Numbered from the stretch's first letter, positions 39,414 through 49,924 are shown. The stretch: 58,976 nt of DNA from an uncultured Bacteroidales bacterium (GCA_937901185.1 CALCHR010000108.1:1-58976); one strand, 5' to 3'. Translations and numbers: made by a program. The notes: generated from the sequence alone by a model not told the origin.

Positions 39414-41243
39414 ATGAAGAATATATATAATAAAATGTTGAAAGGAGGATTAGCCTGTGCTATCTTGGCGTTGGGAACAACAGCTTGTACAGACGATCAT
39501 TTTGACATACAGCAAAGCGATGTTATTAGCGGACAGACTTTGTGGCAAAATATTGAAACTAATCCGGAACTGAAATCATTTGCTGAGATTTTGAAACGTA
39601 CGACGGTGCTTCGTAATGATTATGATAAATCAGCATCAATGAAGTATTCAGATTTCCTTTCCAGCTCGCAATATTTGACGGTTTGGGCTCCTAAAGATGG
39701 AACCTATAATGCTCAAGTGTGGTTGGATAGCTTGGATAAGGTATCTGAGATTAGACTGAAAGCCAATGAGGCTGGAGCTAATCGTGACTCCTTATTAAAA
39801 GAAGCTTTGAAGTTGGAATTTAAGGTTGGAACTCAGTTTGTTCAGCATCACATGGCTCGTTTCAATTATGAAGCTAATGCCAACGAACAAGAAGTCCGCC
39901 TGTTGAATGCAAAGAAGTGTTATTATAATGCTTCTGCTATGACTTTCAACTCTGTTCCTTTAGTAGCTGAAAACGGATTGTTGGTCGCATCAAATGGTAC
40001 GATGCATTTATTGGAGGGCATCTCTCCTTTTGCTTACAATTTGTATGACATTATGGGAGCCTATCCTGAATATGCTACCATCTACAATTATGTGGAGGCA
40101 AATGAAAAACGAACTTTTTATCCGAGTATGAGTACAGAAGGAGCTATGGATAATAATGGTCAAATGCAATATGTAGACTCTTTTTTCCTTCCTTCCAATC
40201 CCATCTTAGATGCCACAGGTGCAAGTTATCGTGACGAAGATTCTTTGTATATAGCATTGCTTCCTACTAATAAAGGTTGGGGCGAGGCTATTGAAAAATT
40301 GAATGCTTTGTATAATTATGGCACTTCTTATAAAACAGAATGGTCTAAGAGCGATTTCACAAAAGAGCTAAAGTTGAATGCAGACTCGTTGAGAGAACTG
40401 AATGCTAAATCTGCTTTGATTCAGAGTATGTATATCTCAGCTAGTTCTTTTGGTTCACTTCCTGAAGCTTCCAGAAAAGATTCTACACTGCTGATAAATT
40501 ATGTAATGACGGCGGATTCTTTGGCGTCTACTAATGGAGTTGTATATTACAATCAAGGTAAGGTTAATTATGATGGCAATAATGACGTGGTAAATCCTGC
40601 TTTTACCGGAGTCATTCCTCAGAAAGCCTCCAATGGTTATGTCTTCCCGATGGATAGTTATACAATAGATCCGGCTTATGCTTGGCATCAAAAACTTATT
40701 TATCCTGCAGGCCATGTTTATTCTTCTACATCTAAGAGCCAATCTTTGTATTTAAGTGCAGATGTAAAGAATGATACTATCTCGGGAGAACTCCCTGATA
40801 ATACTTATGTGCGTTATGAGTCCGAAAGTAATAAAGCCATTGATGTGGATATTGCTTTGCGCAATGTGTTAAGTGGTAAGTATCGCATTAAAGTTTATTT
40901 ATTACCAAGTGCTGCATACAAAGGTTATGCCGATAGTTTAACTATTGGTCGAAATAAATATAGAGAAAAAATTGTTTTGACTCCCTCTATATTCTATGAT
41001 ACAGATCAAAAGGCTTCTATCAAGGCTAAGAAAGTGACTGTTTCAGATAGTGAGATTCTTCTCTATACTCTGGAGCCAGCAGATGGTTCTGATTACTTTG
41101 AGTTTAATAAGTGCTACAGAGGTCTTCCTAGCGACTATAGTAGCTTCCCGCGTTTGCGTTTCTCTTTAGATAAACCAGGTAAAAACTCACCTGCGAATGC
41201 CTTTAATATTGGACAAATTATTCTCGAACCCGTCCGGGAGTAG
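39414..41243 (+). CDS. Fasciclin domain lipoprotein
   Basis: Lipobox TTAC-TDDHFD; 'LTVWAP', 'ASNGTMHLL', 'ALLPTN', 'ASNGYV'. Confidence 0.75.
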   Translation: MKNIYNKMLKGGLACAILALGTTACTDDHFDIQQSDVISGQTLWQNIETNPELKSFAEILKRTTVLRNDYDKSASMKYSDFLSSSQYLTVWAPKDGTYNAQVWLDSLDKVSEIRLKANEAGANRDSLLKEALKLEFKVGTQFVQHHMARFNYEANANEQEVRLLNAKKCYYNASAMTFNSVPLVAENGLLVASNGTMHLLEGISPFAYNLYDIMGAYPEYATIYNYVEANEKRTFYPSMSTEGAMDNNGQMQYVDSFFLPSNPILDATGASYRDEDSLYIALLPTNKGWGEAIEKLNALYNYGTSYKTEWSKSDFTKELKLNADSLRELNAKSALIQSMYISASSFGSLPEASRKDSTLLINYVMTADSLASTNGVVYYNQGKVNYDGNNDVVNPAFTGVIPQKASNGYVFPMDSYTIDPAYAWHQKLIYPAGHVYSSTSKSQSLYLSADVKNDTISGELPDNTYVRYESESNKAIDVDIALRNVLSGKYRIKVYLLPSAAYKGYADSLTIGRNKYREKIVLTPSIFYDTDQKASIKAKKVTVSDSEILLYTLEPADGSDYFEFNKCYRGLPSDYSSFPRLRFSLDKPGKNSPANAFNIGQIILEPVRE

Positions 41244-41267
41244 ATATAATCTTAAAAACTGAAGAAT

Positions 41268-44200
41268 ATGAATATTATGAATCAGAATAATATGAAACAA
41301 GGAGTACTACGTGTCGGTGTATGTCTTCTTATGCTCTCGGGAACATTCTCTTTGTCTGCTCAGACAGAGGCTGAAAAAACAAATAAAGATAATACCGAGG
41401 CTTCTGTGGCAATGCAAGAGGTTTCTGGTGTGGTTTATGATGCCGCAACAAAGACTCCGCTTCCCGGTGTGCAGGTACAAGCTCTGAATAATTCTAAATA
41501 TGCAGCGATGACAGATGAAAATGGTGCTTACACCATTCGTCTTCCGAAGTATGTGAATACTTTGTACATCTCCGCGCAAGATTATAATGGAGTTAAACTT
41601 TCAATTAAGTCTTTAGAAGGTCAGAATGCCTATCTGTATACTACTAAAGTAAAAGGATTATACAACAATAGCACAGACCTTTTCAATCGTTCTGTGATGT
41701 CGGTATCTAATACCAGTGCTCTAACCATAGAAAACGATATTGAAAACCATCTGAATGCTTCTGTTCGTACCATCAGTCGTGGTGGTATGCCTGCACAAGG
41801 TGCTGCTATGTTTATCAATGGTCTTAATTCTTTGAATACCAATTCTCAGCCATTGGTCGTAATCGATGGCGTGATTGTTGATATGCAATATGACCGTTCT
41901 GCTCTCCATGATGGATTTATTACTAATCTATTCAACATTGTAGACCCTGAAGATATTGAAAGTGTAGAGGTAATCCGTAATGGAACTGCACTTTATGGTG
42001 CTAAGGGTGGTAATGGTGTCTTAGAGATCAAGACCAAACGTGGTAAGAGCATGGTTACACGTATCAATATCCGTGCTTATGGAGGCTTTGAATTGACTCC
42101 GAAGAAGATGGATATTATGGATGCTTCACAGTATCGCAATTATGTAACAGAGTTCTTGGGAACTACTCCTGATGCCGAATATATTGGAAGCTCTATGCTC
42201 ATTCCGTTCTTGAATGAAGATCCTAACTACATCTACTATAAGATGTATCATAATGAGACCGATTGGCAAGGAGGTATGTATGATAATGCATTCACTCAAA
42301 ACTATAAAGTGAGTGTAGAGGGTGGTGACGATGTCGCTATGTACAACCTTTCTTTGGGTTATACACAATCTGATGCTACAGCAAAGAAGAACGACTTCAA
42401 CCGCTTGAACATACGTTTCAATACAGACATCAATATGTTCAAGAACTTCACAACCGGTTTGGACCTCTCTTATTCTCGTAATGCTTACAACTTGCGTGAC
42501 AATGGATGGGCAGAAGATTACTCTTCTCGCAACATCTCTTCACCCAATGTGTTAGGTCTTATCCAGTCTCCGTTCATCAGTCCTTATGCTTATTTCGTAA
42601 CGTATGAGAATGATCAGATGGCTTTGATTCCTACAACTCAGTATGCAGGTAAAGACTATTATGATTCTAACAACCCGTTCGTGTTTGCTGATGGGTTTGG
42701 CTATTCCGGTTTAGTAAATCCTTATTGGATTCTTACCAACGGTCAAGGTGACAATAAGAACTTCCAGGAGCAAACTCAGTTTAATTTGAACATAGCTCCT
42801 AAATATAAGATCAATCAGTACTTGACTGTATCAGATCGTTTTAGCTATGTTTTGAACCGTAGCAACGAAAAGTATTACTTGCCTTACAATGGTACGCCTC
42901 CTATGAGCGTTGAAGGTCTTGGAGCTGTGACAAGTATTATCCGTACGCAGTTTGCAAAGGAAACCACCTTGTTCAATGACTTCCGAGTAGATTGGGCACG
43001 TCAATTTGGAGCTAACTACTTCAATATCTTTGGTGGATTCCGTTTGGCTTCTTATTCTTATTCAGATAGCCGCATCAGTGGTTACAACAATGACAATGAT
43101 AAGATGCCTAACATGAGTTACAGCTTGCAATATAAAGACTATGGTGGAACCAATGATAGCTGGATCAACTTAGCTTATTATGCCAATGTAGATTATAACT
43201 ACAAGAACAAGTATTTTGTGAAGGCAATGGCCACCATGGAAAGCTCTTCACGCTTTGGTCGCGACGCAAAAGATGGTTTCGACCTCTGTGGAGTGAAGTG
43301 GGGCTTGTTCCCCTCAGTTCAGGCTGCTTGGGTGCTCTCTTCAGAAAAATGGTTCAATGTTCCCGGTGTTGATTACTTGAAACTTTCAGCCGGCTACGAA
43401 ATGAGTGGTAACGACAATGTTGACTATTATGCCAGCCGTACTTATTTTGAGAACCTCAAGTTCTTGGATAAGGCTACTGCATTACAGTTGGCCAATATCC
43501 AGAATCCTCAAATCCAATGGGAGACCAACCATCGTTTCAATGTAGGTTTGCAAGGAGCGTTCTTGAACAACCGCCTCTCTTTGGGCATTGACTACTATCG
43601 TTCCAAGACTACAGACCTCTTGACTCGTAAGGCCGTAAGTGATATTACAGGTCTTGCTATGATGTGGGTAAACGATGGCGAGTTGGAAAACAACGGTTTA
43701 GAAGCCAGTGCACATGCTGTATTGCTTAATACTAAGAACTGGAAATGGCAAGCCGGCTTCAGCATAGGTCACTATCAGAATAAGGTAACTAAGCTTCCTT
43801 CTTCTAATACCATAGAACTTTATGCATTGAATGCAGATGGTAGCCGTGACAAATCTTCTAAGCAGGTTATCCAGGGATACACCACCTCTATCTATGGTGA
43901 AAACACCGTGTTGACTACTGTGGGTGAAGCCGCAGGCGTATTCTATGGTTACAAGACCGCCGGCGTGTTTGCATCAGATGCTGAAGCCAGTCAGGCAGGT
44001 AAGTATGGCTACCTCCGTTATCCTACCGGATTGACAGATGCCAACGAGTCTTACCGTAACTTCAAAGCCGGTGATGTACACTTTGTCGATGTGAATGGTG
44101 ATGGTTGGATTTCAGAAGCCGATAAGGTTAAGATTGGCGACCCCAATCCTGACATTTATGGTAACTTCTACACCAGCCTTTCTTGGAAAGACTTGACTCT

Positions 44201-44645
44201 CGACCTCAACTTCAAATATTCTTTGGGTAACGATGTCTACAACTACCAACGCTCTCAGATGGAGGCTTCCAACAATATCTGGAATCAGACTACAGCTGTT
44301 GTGAACCGTTGGAAGTACGAGGAACACCAAACAGACATGCCGAGAGCAATGTCTCCTCTAAGCGAAAACTGGGTTAACAATGAGCGTTTCTCAGACCGTT
44401 GGATTGAAGACGGCTCATACTTAAAACTGAAGAAAGTACGTCTCACCTATAAGATTCCTGTGAATTTGAGCTGGCTCTTAGGTCTCTCTGTTTGGGGCGA
44501 AGCCAACAACGTATTTACAGTGAGCAAATACTTGGGTGCTGATCCTGAAGTTTCTTGTGGCAACGGTGTGCTCTATCAAGGCATTGATGCCGGATTATTG
44601 CCGCAGAGTCGTAACTTTAATCTGGGTGTGACTATCAACTTGTAA
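41268..44645 (+). CDS. Second SusC/RagA family TonB-dependent transporter of the cluster
   Basis: Plug signature 'DPEDIESVEVIRNGTALYGAKGGNGVLEIKTKRG', 'WETNHRFN', 'RFSDRWIEDGSYLKLK', 'YLGADPE'. Confidence 0.93.
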   Translation: MNIMNQNNMKQGVLRVGVCLLMLSGTFSLSAQTEAEKTNKDNTEASVAMQEVSGVVYDAATKTPLPGVQVQALNNSKYAAMTDENGAYTIRLPKYVNTLYISAQDYNGVKLSIKSLEGQNAYLYTTKVKGLYNNSTDLFNRSVMSVSNTSALTIENDIENHLNASVRTISRGGMPAQGAAMFINGLNSLNTNSQPLVVIDGVIVDMQYDRSALHDGFITNLFNIVDPEDIESVEVIRNGTALYGAKGGNGVLEIKTKRGKSMVTRINIRAYGGFELTPKKMDIMDASQYRNYVTEFLGTTPDAEYIGSSMLIPFLNEDPNYIYYKMYHNETDWQGGMYDNAFTQNYKVSVEGGDDVAMYNLSLGYTQSDATAKKNDFNRLNIRFNTDINMFKNFTTGLDLSYSRNAYNLRDNGWAEDYSSRNISSPNVLGLIQSPFISPYAYFVTYENDQMALIPTTQYAGKDYYDSNNPFVFADGFGYSGLVNPYWILTNGQGDNKNFQEQTQFNLNIAPKYKINQYLTVSDRFSYVLNRSNEKYYLPYNGTPPMSVEGLGAVTSIIRTQFAKETTLFNDFRVDWARQFGANYFNIFGGFRLASYSYSDSRISGYNNDNDKMPNMSYSLQYKDYGGTNDSWINLAYYANVDYNYKNKYFVKAMATMESSSRFGRDAKDGFDLCGVKWGLFPSVQAAWVLSSEKWFNVPGVDYLKLSAGYEMSGNDNVDYYASRTYFENLKFLDKATALQLANIQNPQIQWETNHRFNVGLQGAFLNNRLSLGIDYYRSKTTDLLTRKAVSDITGLAMMWVNDGELENNGLEASAHAVLLNTKNWKWQAGFSIGHYQNKVTKLPSSNTIELYALNADGSRDKSSKQVIQGYTTSIYGENTVLTTVGEAAGVFYGYKTAGVFASDAEASQAGKYGYLRYPTGLTDANESYRNFKAGDVHFVDVNGDGWISEADKVKIGDPNPDIYGNFYTSLSWKDLTLDLNFKYSLGNDVYNYQRSQMEASNNIWNQTTAVVNRWKYEEHQTDMPRAMSPLSENWVNNERFSDRWIEDGSYLKLKKVRLTYKIPVNLSWLLGLSVWGEANNVFTVSKYLGADPEVSCGNGVLYQGIDAGLLPQSRNFNLGVTINL

Positions 44646-44726
44646 TAAAAACAATGGTCAGGTTGTGTGGAGTGGGGGAAACTCCTACTTCCACACTACC
44701 AACCAGAGCATAAAATTTTTATCACG

Positions 44727-47030
44727 ATGAAAAATAAATCAATCATAAGTCTGTTAGTCTTCTTGCTTGGCTTTGGTGTTTCTACCACCTCCTGTGAAGA
44801 CATGTTGACCCCGGATATGGAGCGCTACGTTGTCAACTTCAATGGAAAAGATACCGTAAACTTTTATCTGGGAATCCTCCGCAACTTACAAGAAGTAGTG
44901 GAGCAGAACGTAATCTTAGGCGAAGTGCGTAGCGACTTGGCTACTACCACTCAATATACTAGCGATTCTATTGCCGGTATCGCCAACTTCGAAGCGCTGC
45001 TTGATGGTGACAACGAGTTGCTCAACCGTGCCGCATATTATAAAGTTATCAACCAGTGTAACTTCTATTTGGCTGCGGTAGATACAATGGCCAAGAAGAA
45101 CGATGTTTATTATATGCGTAAGGAAGCCGCTCAGGTTTCTGTTATCAGAGCTTGGACCTATCTCCAATTGGTGCAAAACTATGGCCGTGTGCCCTTTATC
45201 ACCAAGCCCGTAGACAATGCCAATACCGGATGGGAAATCAACTCGCCAGAAGGAGAGGCTGACATTAACAACTTGGTAGCCCTCTTGAAGAAAGATTTGG
45301 AGTTGGCCATTCGCTATGAAGATGTACATGGTCTGCCCAATTATGGCTCATTCAATACCGGTAAGTCCGGTGTGGAAATCAAGCATACCTTCATGCTCTT
45401 CCCCGCCCGCTTGGTGCTGGCCGATATCTATCTGACTTGTGCCAAGACCACTGCCGATTATGAGAAAGCCGCTCAGTACTATTATGAATATTTGTCTCAG
45501 CGTGGACTCAAAGAAGGTCTTGTTCCTTATGTGAGTGCATCGTTAGCCGCAAGATATAGCCAAATTACTCTCAATGGTAAGGACTCTTATCGTGCATCCT
45601 TAGTGGGTTGGACTGAGCCTCTGGGTACAAATTCTTATAGCTCTAAGGGTTCAAGTACGCAGTTCCTTACGGTGATTCCTTCAGCCGCCAATGCCTCTTT
45701 TGGTAAGGTGCTTACCCGTGTTCCTGAAATTTATGGCTTCCGTCCTTCATCTTCTAACACTACAGACAGCGAAGGTGCCACCAATGGCCAGGTAAACATT
45801 ATCCCCGACTATAAGCATCGTCAAGTAGCTCCTTCTACCCGTTATCTTAACTTGAACGAGTCACAGTTCTATGCTTACAACGATGGTACAGGAGAAATGC
45901 CGGTTATCATCTATCCCGAAGAAGTGGGCGATGCACGCTTGAATGGTACTTGTCCTTTTGTAGAAACTGAAGAAGGCCGTATGCGTTTTATTCAGAAGTT
46001 TGGTATGGCTAATAGCTATTATAATGGTGATGAGGCTTACTCTTTTGAGTTCCGTTATACGATTCCTGTCTATCGCTTGAACTTGGTTTATCTGCGTTAT
46101 GCCGAAGCCTTGAACCGTGCCGGCCATCCGCGCTTTGCTTATGCTGTGCTGAGACATGGTTTGAATGGAGAGAAGTTGCCTAACATCGTATCCGATACAT
46201 TGAATTCTGTATATGAGGCCATCGTTGACGAGAACGGAGCTCCCGTTGTAGGTATCGACGGTAAGCCCACTTACAAACTCATCTCTTGCGATGTCTATGC
46301 TCGCCCTGACAGTATCATCGATGGTGCCAACTATCTCAATTACGATGCCCGCATGAGAGCTTTTGAAAAACCCTATCTGCCCGCTCTTGGCGGTGAATGG
46401 GAAAATTGGATAAACAGCGGTATCCATCAACTGGGTTGTGGTACGGCTTACGATGCAGATACTCTTGGCAACTATTGCATGGCTGTTACTCGCCGTATGC
46501 TCGACGAAGAATGTCGCTTGGCCAATGGCGCTTGGGAAGTTTCTACCTTCTATGAGAATGATGGTCAGAACCTCAACCTGCAGAAACTGAAAACTACCAA
46601 CTTGATTGACGCCGAAGTGCGCGATTATCTCGTAGCTCTCTATGAAGAGAAGGCCAATCAAACAGCTCCTATGTTTAAGGGATTGGTAGAGGAAGGCGAA
46701 TTTGCAGGCCTTGGCGATCGTTACGACGAGACTCCCGTACAGAGCGATGCTTCTCTGCAGGCTGAAATCAATGCCGTAGAAACCCTCATCGCCGATGAGT
46801 TGGCACTCGAACTTGCCTTCGAAGGCTACCGCTACTACGACTTGATGCGCTTGGCACACCACAAGATCAATGCCGGCGACCTCTATTCGGGAGCCAGCTG
46901 GTTCGCATGGATGATTGCCCGTCGCGATAAAGACCTCGCTCCTTATGAAAGCGTAGGCGAATACGATGCCAATTTGTATGGTAAACTGATTGACCCCAAC
47001 AACTGGTATCTGCTCTCTCCGATTTATTAA
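44727..47030 (+). CDS. Large RagB/SusD family lipoprotein
   Basis: Lipobox TTSC-EDML; 'YYKVINQCNFYL', 'RAWTYLQLVQNYGRVP', 'YLRYAEALNRAG', 'ELAFEGYRYYDLMR'. Start moved to ATG 44727. Confidence 0.9.
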   Translation: MKNKSIISLLVFLLGFGVSTTSCEDMLTPDMERYVVNFNGKDTVNFYLGILRNLQEVVEQNVILGEVRSDLATTTQYTSDSIAGIANFEALLDGDNELLNRAAYYKVINQCNFYLAAVDTMAKKNDVYYMRKEAAQVSVIRAWTYLQLVQNYGRVPFITKPVDNANTGWEINSPEGEADINNLVALLKKDLELAIRYEDVHGLPNYGSFNTGKSGVEIKHTFMLFPARLVLADIYLTCAKTTADYEKAAQYYYEYLSQRGLKEGLVPYVSASLAARYSQITLNGKDSYRASLVGWTEPLGTNSYSSKGSSTQFLTVIPSAANASFGKVLTRVPEIYGFRPSSSNTTDSEGATNGQVNIIPDYKHRQVAPSTRYLNLNESQFYAYNDGTGEMPVIIYPEEVGDARLNGTCPFVETEEGRMRFIQKFGMANSYYNGDEAYSFEFRYTIPVYRLNLVYLRYAEALNRAGHPRFAYAVLRHGLNGEKLPNIVSDTLNSVYEAIVDENGAPVVGIDGKPTYKLISCDVYARPDSIIDGANYLNYDARMRAFEKPYLPALGGEWENWINSGIHQLGCGTAYDADTLGNYCMAVTRRMLDEECRLANGAWEVSTFYENDGQNLNLQKLKTTNLIDAEVRDYLVALYEEKANQTAPMFKGLVEEGEFAGLGDRYDETPVQSDASLQAEINAVETLIADELALELAFEGYRYYDLMRLAHHKINAGDLYSGASWFAWMIARRDKDLAPYESVGEYDANLYGKLIDPNNWYLLSPIY

Positions 47031-47063
47031 GAAGCAGAACAGAGTGTTTACTCTATTGAGCAT

Positions 47064-47097
47064 ATTGAGGCTGTGTCGGAAACGATACAGCCTCAAT
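47064..47097 (+). terminator. Intrinsic terminator closing the cluster
   Basis: ATTGAGGCTGTGTCG-gaaa-CGATACAGCCTCAAT followed by a T tract. Confidence 0.88.
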
Positions 47098-47230
47098 TTT
47101 TTTTGTAGACTCGCATTTCGCATAAAGTGCCGGATGCAAATTTGTATGAGTCTTAGGAGAGATAGCGTCGCCCTGTGCTGACATTAAAATTTTCCCTATA
47201 CACGGTTTTATTATCCTTTAATCGTAATTT

Positions 47231-47352
47231 GTTACGAGCCGTGTAACCGCTGGTTACTTCACATGTAACCGATGGTTACACGGCTTGTAACTGATGGTTA
47301 CTTCAGATGTAACCAAGCGTTCAAACCATGAAAGTGTAACAAGCCGTGTTAC
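47231..47352. repeat. Family B 22-nt-period array, GTTAC-N7-GTAAC-N5 x4, plus one detached GTAAC-N7-GTTAC unit
   Basis: GTTAC at 47231, 47253, 47275, 47297; GTAAC at 47243, 47265, 47287, 47309; extra unit 47336-47352. Confidence 0.92.
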
Positions 47353-47408
47353 AAAGACAAATTATGGAGTTGTAAAAAAAACTAATAAAATATAGGTCCG
47401 TATTTATT

Positions 47409-47416
47409 TATTTTTG
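47409..47416 (+). promoter_or_regulatory. -7 promoter element (TATTTTTG) for the lpxD operon
   Basis: Exact TAnnTTTG, 34 nt upstream of ATG 47451. Confidence 0.5.
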
Positions 47417-47450
47417 CGATATTTGCATAATAAACCTATTGAGTATACAA

Positions 47451-48497
47451 ATGGAATTCTCAGCCCAACAAATTGCAGAGTATTTACAAGGAGAAGTGGA
47501 AGGCAATGCGCAGGCCACTGTCAAAACTTTTGCGAAGATTGAAGAAGGCGAGGAGGGAGCCATTTCCTTCTTGGCCAATGCTAAATACACTCATTATCTG
47601 TATGAAACCAAGTCGAGCATCGTACTCGTAAACCGCGATTTTAAGCCCGAGCGCCCCGTCGCAGCAACGCTTATCCGCGTGGATAACGCTTACGAGTCCA
47701 TCGCTCGCCTGCTTACGCTCTATCAGCAAACTACCGCCAAGCGCACCGGCATCCATCCTTTGGCTTTTGTGGCCGAGAGTGCCAAGGTGGGCGAAAACTG
47801 CTATGTAGGTCCGTTCGCCTATGTGGGCGATGAGGCCGAAATCGGCAGTGGTACACAAATCTATCCCCATGCTGTGGTAGAAGAACGTGCCAAGGTGGGT
47901 AGCGACTGTGTGCTCTATCCCAATGCGTCAGTCTATCACGACTGCGTGCTGGGCAACAGAGTGGTGCTCCATTCCGGCTGCGTTATCGGTGCCGACGGCT
48001 TTGGCTTTGCGCCTTCAGCTACCGGCTATGAAAAGATACCCCAAATAGGTATCGTCACCGTGGAGGACGATGTGGAAATCGGTGCCAACACCTGCGTGGA
48101 CCGCTCCACCATGGGCTCCACCTATATCCGTCGCGGTGTGAAGTTGGACAACTTGGTTCAGGTGGCCCACAATTGCGAAGTGGGAGAGCACACCGTGATG
48201 TCAGCCCAAGTGGGCGTGGCCGGTTCCACCAAGATAGGTCGCTGGTGTATGTTCGGAGGCCAAGTAGGCATTGCCGGTCACATCCAGATAGGTGATAAAG
48301 TGTTCTCCGGTGCACAGTCGGGCATTGCCGGCAGTTTGCCAAAGGGAAATGTCACCATCCAAGGCTCGCCAGCCATTGAGTATAGGAATTTTGCACGCTC
48401 CAGCATCCTCTATAAGCGCCTGCCGGAAATTTATGCCGAACTGAATAGCGTAAAGAAGGAACTCGAAGAGCTGAAAGGCAAAGTAGAAAATAAGTAA
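47451..48497 (+). CDS. lpxD: UDP-3-O-(3-hydroxyacyl)glucosamine N-acyltransferase
   Basis: Hexapeptide repeats, 'GADGFGF', '[10 protein letters not shown]', '[11 protein letters not shown]'. Start moved to ATG 47451. Confidence 0.97.
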   Translation: MEFSAQQIAEYLQGEVEGNAQATVKTFAKIEEGEEGAISFLANAKYTHYLYETKSSIVLVNRDFKPERPVAATLIRVDNAYESIARLLTLYQQTTAKRTGIHPLAFVAESAKVGENCYVGPFAYVGDEAEIGSGTQIYPHAVVEERAKVGSDCVLYPNASVYHDCVLGNRVVLHSGCVIGADGFGFAPSATGYEKIPQIGIVTVEDDVEIGANTCVDRSTMGSTYIRRGVKLDNLVQVAHNCEVGEHTVMSAQVGVAGSTKIGRWCMFGGQVGIAGHIQIGDKVFSGAQSGIAGSLPKGNVTIQGSPAIEYRNFARSSILYKRLPEIYAELNSVKKELEELKGKVENK

Positions 48498-48538
48498 GTA
48501 ACACAGAGTGGCCCGTCCATTCGCAATGTGAGATATAC

Positions 48539-49924
48539 ATGTTAAAGCAAAAAACGCTGAAGGGTAGCTTTTCTCTTTTTGGAAAAGGCTTACACACAGG
48601 TCTCAGCCTGACTGTGACTTTTAATCCTGCCCCGGAAAACCACGGATATAAGATTCAACGAATCGACCTTGAGGGTGAGCCCATCATCGAGGCCATCGCA
48701 GAAAACGTAATTGATACATCCCGCGGCACAGTAGTGGCCAAAGGAGAAGCCCGTTGCAGCACCATCGAACACGGTATGGCTGCGCTCTACGCCATGGGCA
48801 TCGACAACTGTTTGATTACAGTAAACGGTCCGGAGTTCCCCATCCTGGATGGTAGCTCCAAATACTATGTGGAGAGCATCAACCGCGTGGGTATCGAAGA
48901 ACAAAACGCCCCGAAGGATTTTTATGTCATCAAGAAGAAGATAGAGTTCCACGACGAAGCAAGTGGCTCTTCAATCATCATTCTCCCCGACGAGCAGTTC
49001 TCTATCACTGCGATGATCTCCTTCGACTCGCAGTTCCTTAACGCACAGTTTGCTACGCTCGACAATATGGAAGACTTTGCAGCCGAAGTATCTTCGGCCC
49101 GCACCTTTGTCTTTGTACGAGAAATCGAACCCCTCCTGCGTGCCGGATTGATTAAGGGTGGCGATTTGGACAATGCCATCGTAATCTACGAGCATCAAAT
49201 CTCGCAGGATGCGCTCGATAAACTGGCCGACATGATGAATGTGCCCCATCGCGATGCTACTAAGTTGGGCTATCTCAATGACCGTCCCTTAGTATGGCGC
49301 AATGAGCCGGCTCGCCATAAACTGCTTGACATCATCGGCGATATGGCCCTCATCGGTCGCCCCATTAAAGGCCGTATCATCGCTACACGCCCGGGTCATA
49401 CTATCAACAATAAGTTTGCCCGCCAGATGCGTCGCGAGATACGTGCTCATGAAATCCAGGCCCCCCATTACGATGCAAACGACGCTCCTCTGATGGATGT
49501 GAATCGCATTCGCGAATTGTTGCCCCACCGTTATCCCATGCAGTTGGTAGACAAAGTGGTGGAGATGGGAGCAAACTATATTGTGGCCATTAAGAATGTG
49601 ACCAGCAACGAAGAATTCTTCCAAGGCCACTTTCCCCAAGAGCCCGTTATGCCCGGTGTGTTGCAGATTGAAGCCTTGGCTCAGGCCGGAGGTCTTCTTG
49701 TGCTCAACTCGGTAGAGGAGCCTGAGCGCTGGAGCACTTATTTCTTGCGCATCGACGAGGTGAAGTTCCGCCGCAAAGTAGTGCCCGGCGACACGTTGGT
49801 GTTCAAGGTGGAATTGGTAAATCCCATTCGCCATGGCATCTCCACGATGCACGGCTTTGCTTTCGTTGGCGAAAACATTGTGATGGAAGCTACCTTCACA
49901 GCGCAGATTACGAAGAACAAATAA
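48539..49924 (+). CDS. lpxC/fabZ: Bifunctional LpxC deacetylase / FabZ dehydratase
   Basis: LpxC 'GKGLHTG', 'TIEH', 'HKLLDIIGD'; FabZ 'LPHRYP', 'FFQGHFP', '[14 protein letters not shown]'. Confidence 0.97.
   Translation: MLKQKTLKGSFSLFGKGLHTGLSLTVTFNPAPENHGYKIQRIDLEGEPIIEAIAENVIDTSRGTVVAKGEARCSTIEHGMAALYAMGIDNCLITVNGPEFPILDGSSKYYVESINRVGIEEQNAPKDFYVIKKKIEFHDEASGSSIIILPDEQFSITAMISFDSQFLNAQFATLDNMEDFAAEVSSARTFVFVREIEPLLRAGLIKGGDLDNAIVIYEHQISQDALDKLADMMNVPHRDATKLGYLNDRPLVWRNEPARHKLLDIIGDMALIGRPIKGRIIATRPGHTINNKFARQMRREIRAHEIQAPHYDANDAPLMDVNRIRELLPHRYPMQLVDKVVEMGANYIVAIKNVTSNEEFFQGHFPQEPVMPGVLQIEALAQAGGLLVLNSVEEPERWSTYFLRIDEVKFRRKVVPGDTLVFKVELVNPIRHGISTMHGFAFVGENIVMEATFTAQITKNK

Noticed and set aside
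15357..44645. SusC shufflon among the three susC genes
   Set aside because: All three are full length with their own signal peptides. I saw no shared recombination repeat inside them and no recombinase, though this was by eye only.
48539..49924. LpxC-FabZ fusion as a novelty
   Set aside because: This is the normal arrangement in Bacteroidota.
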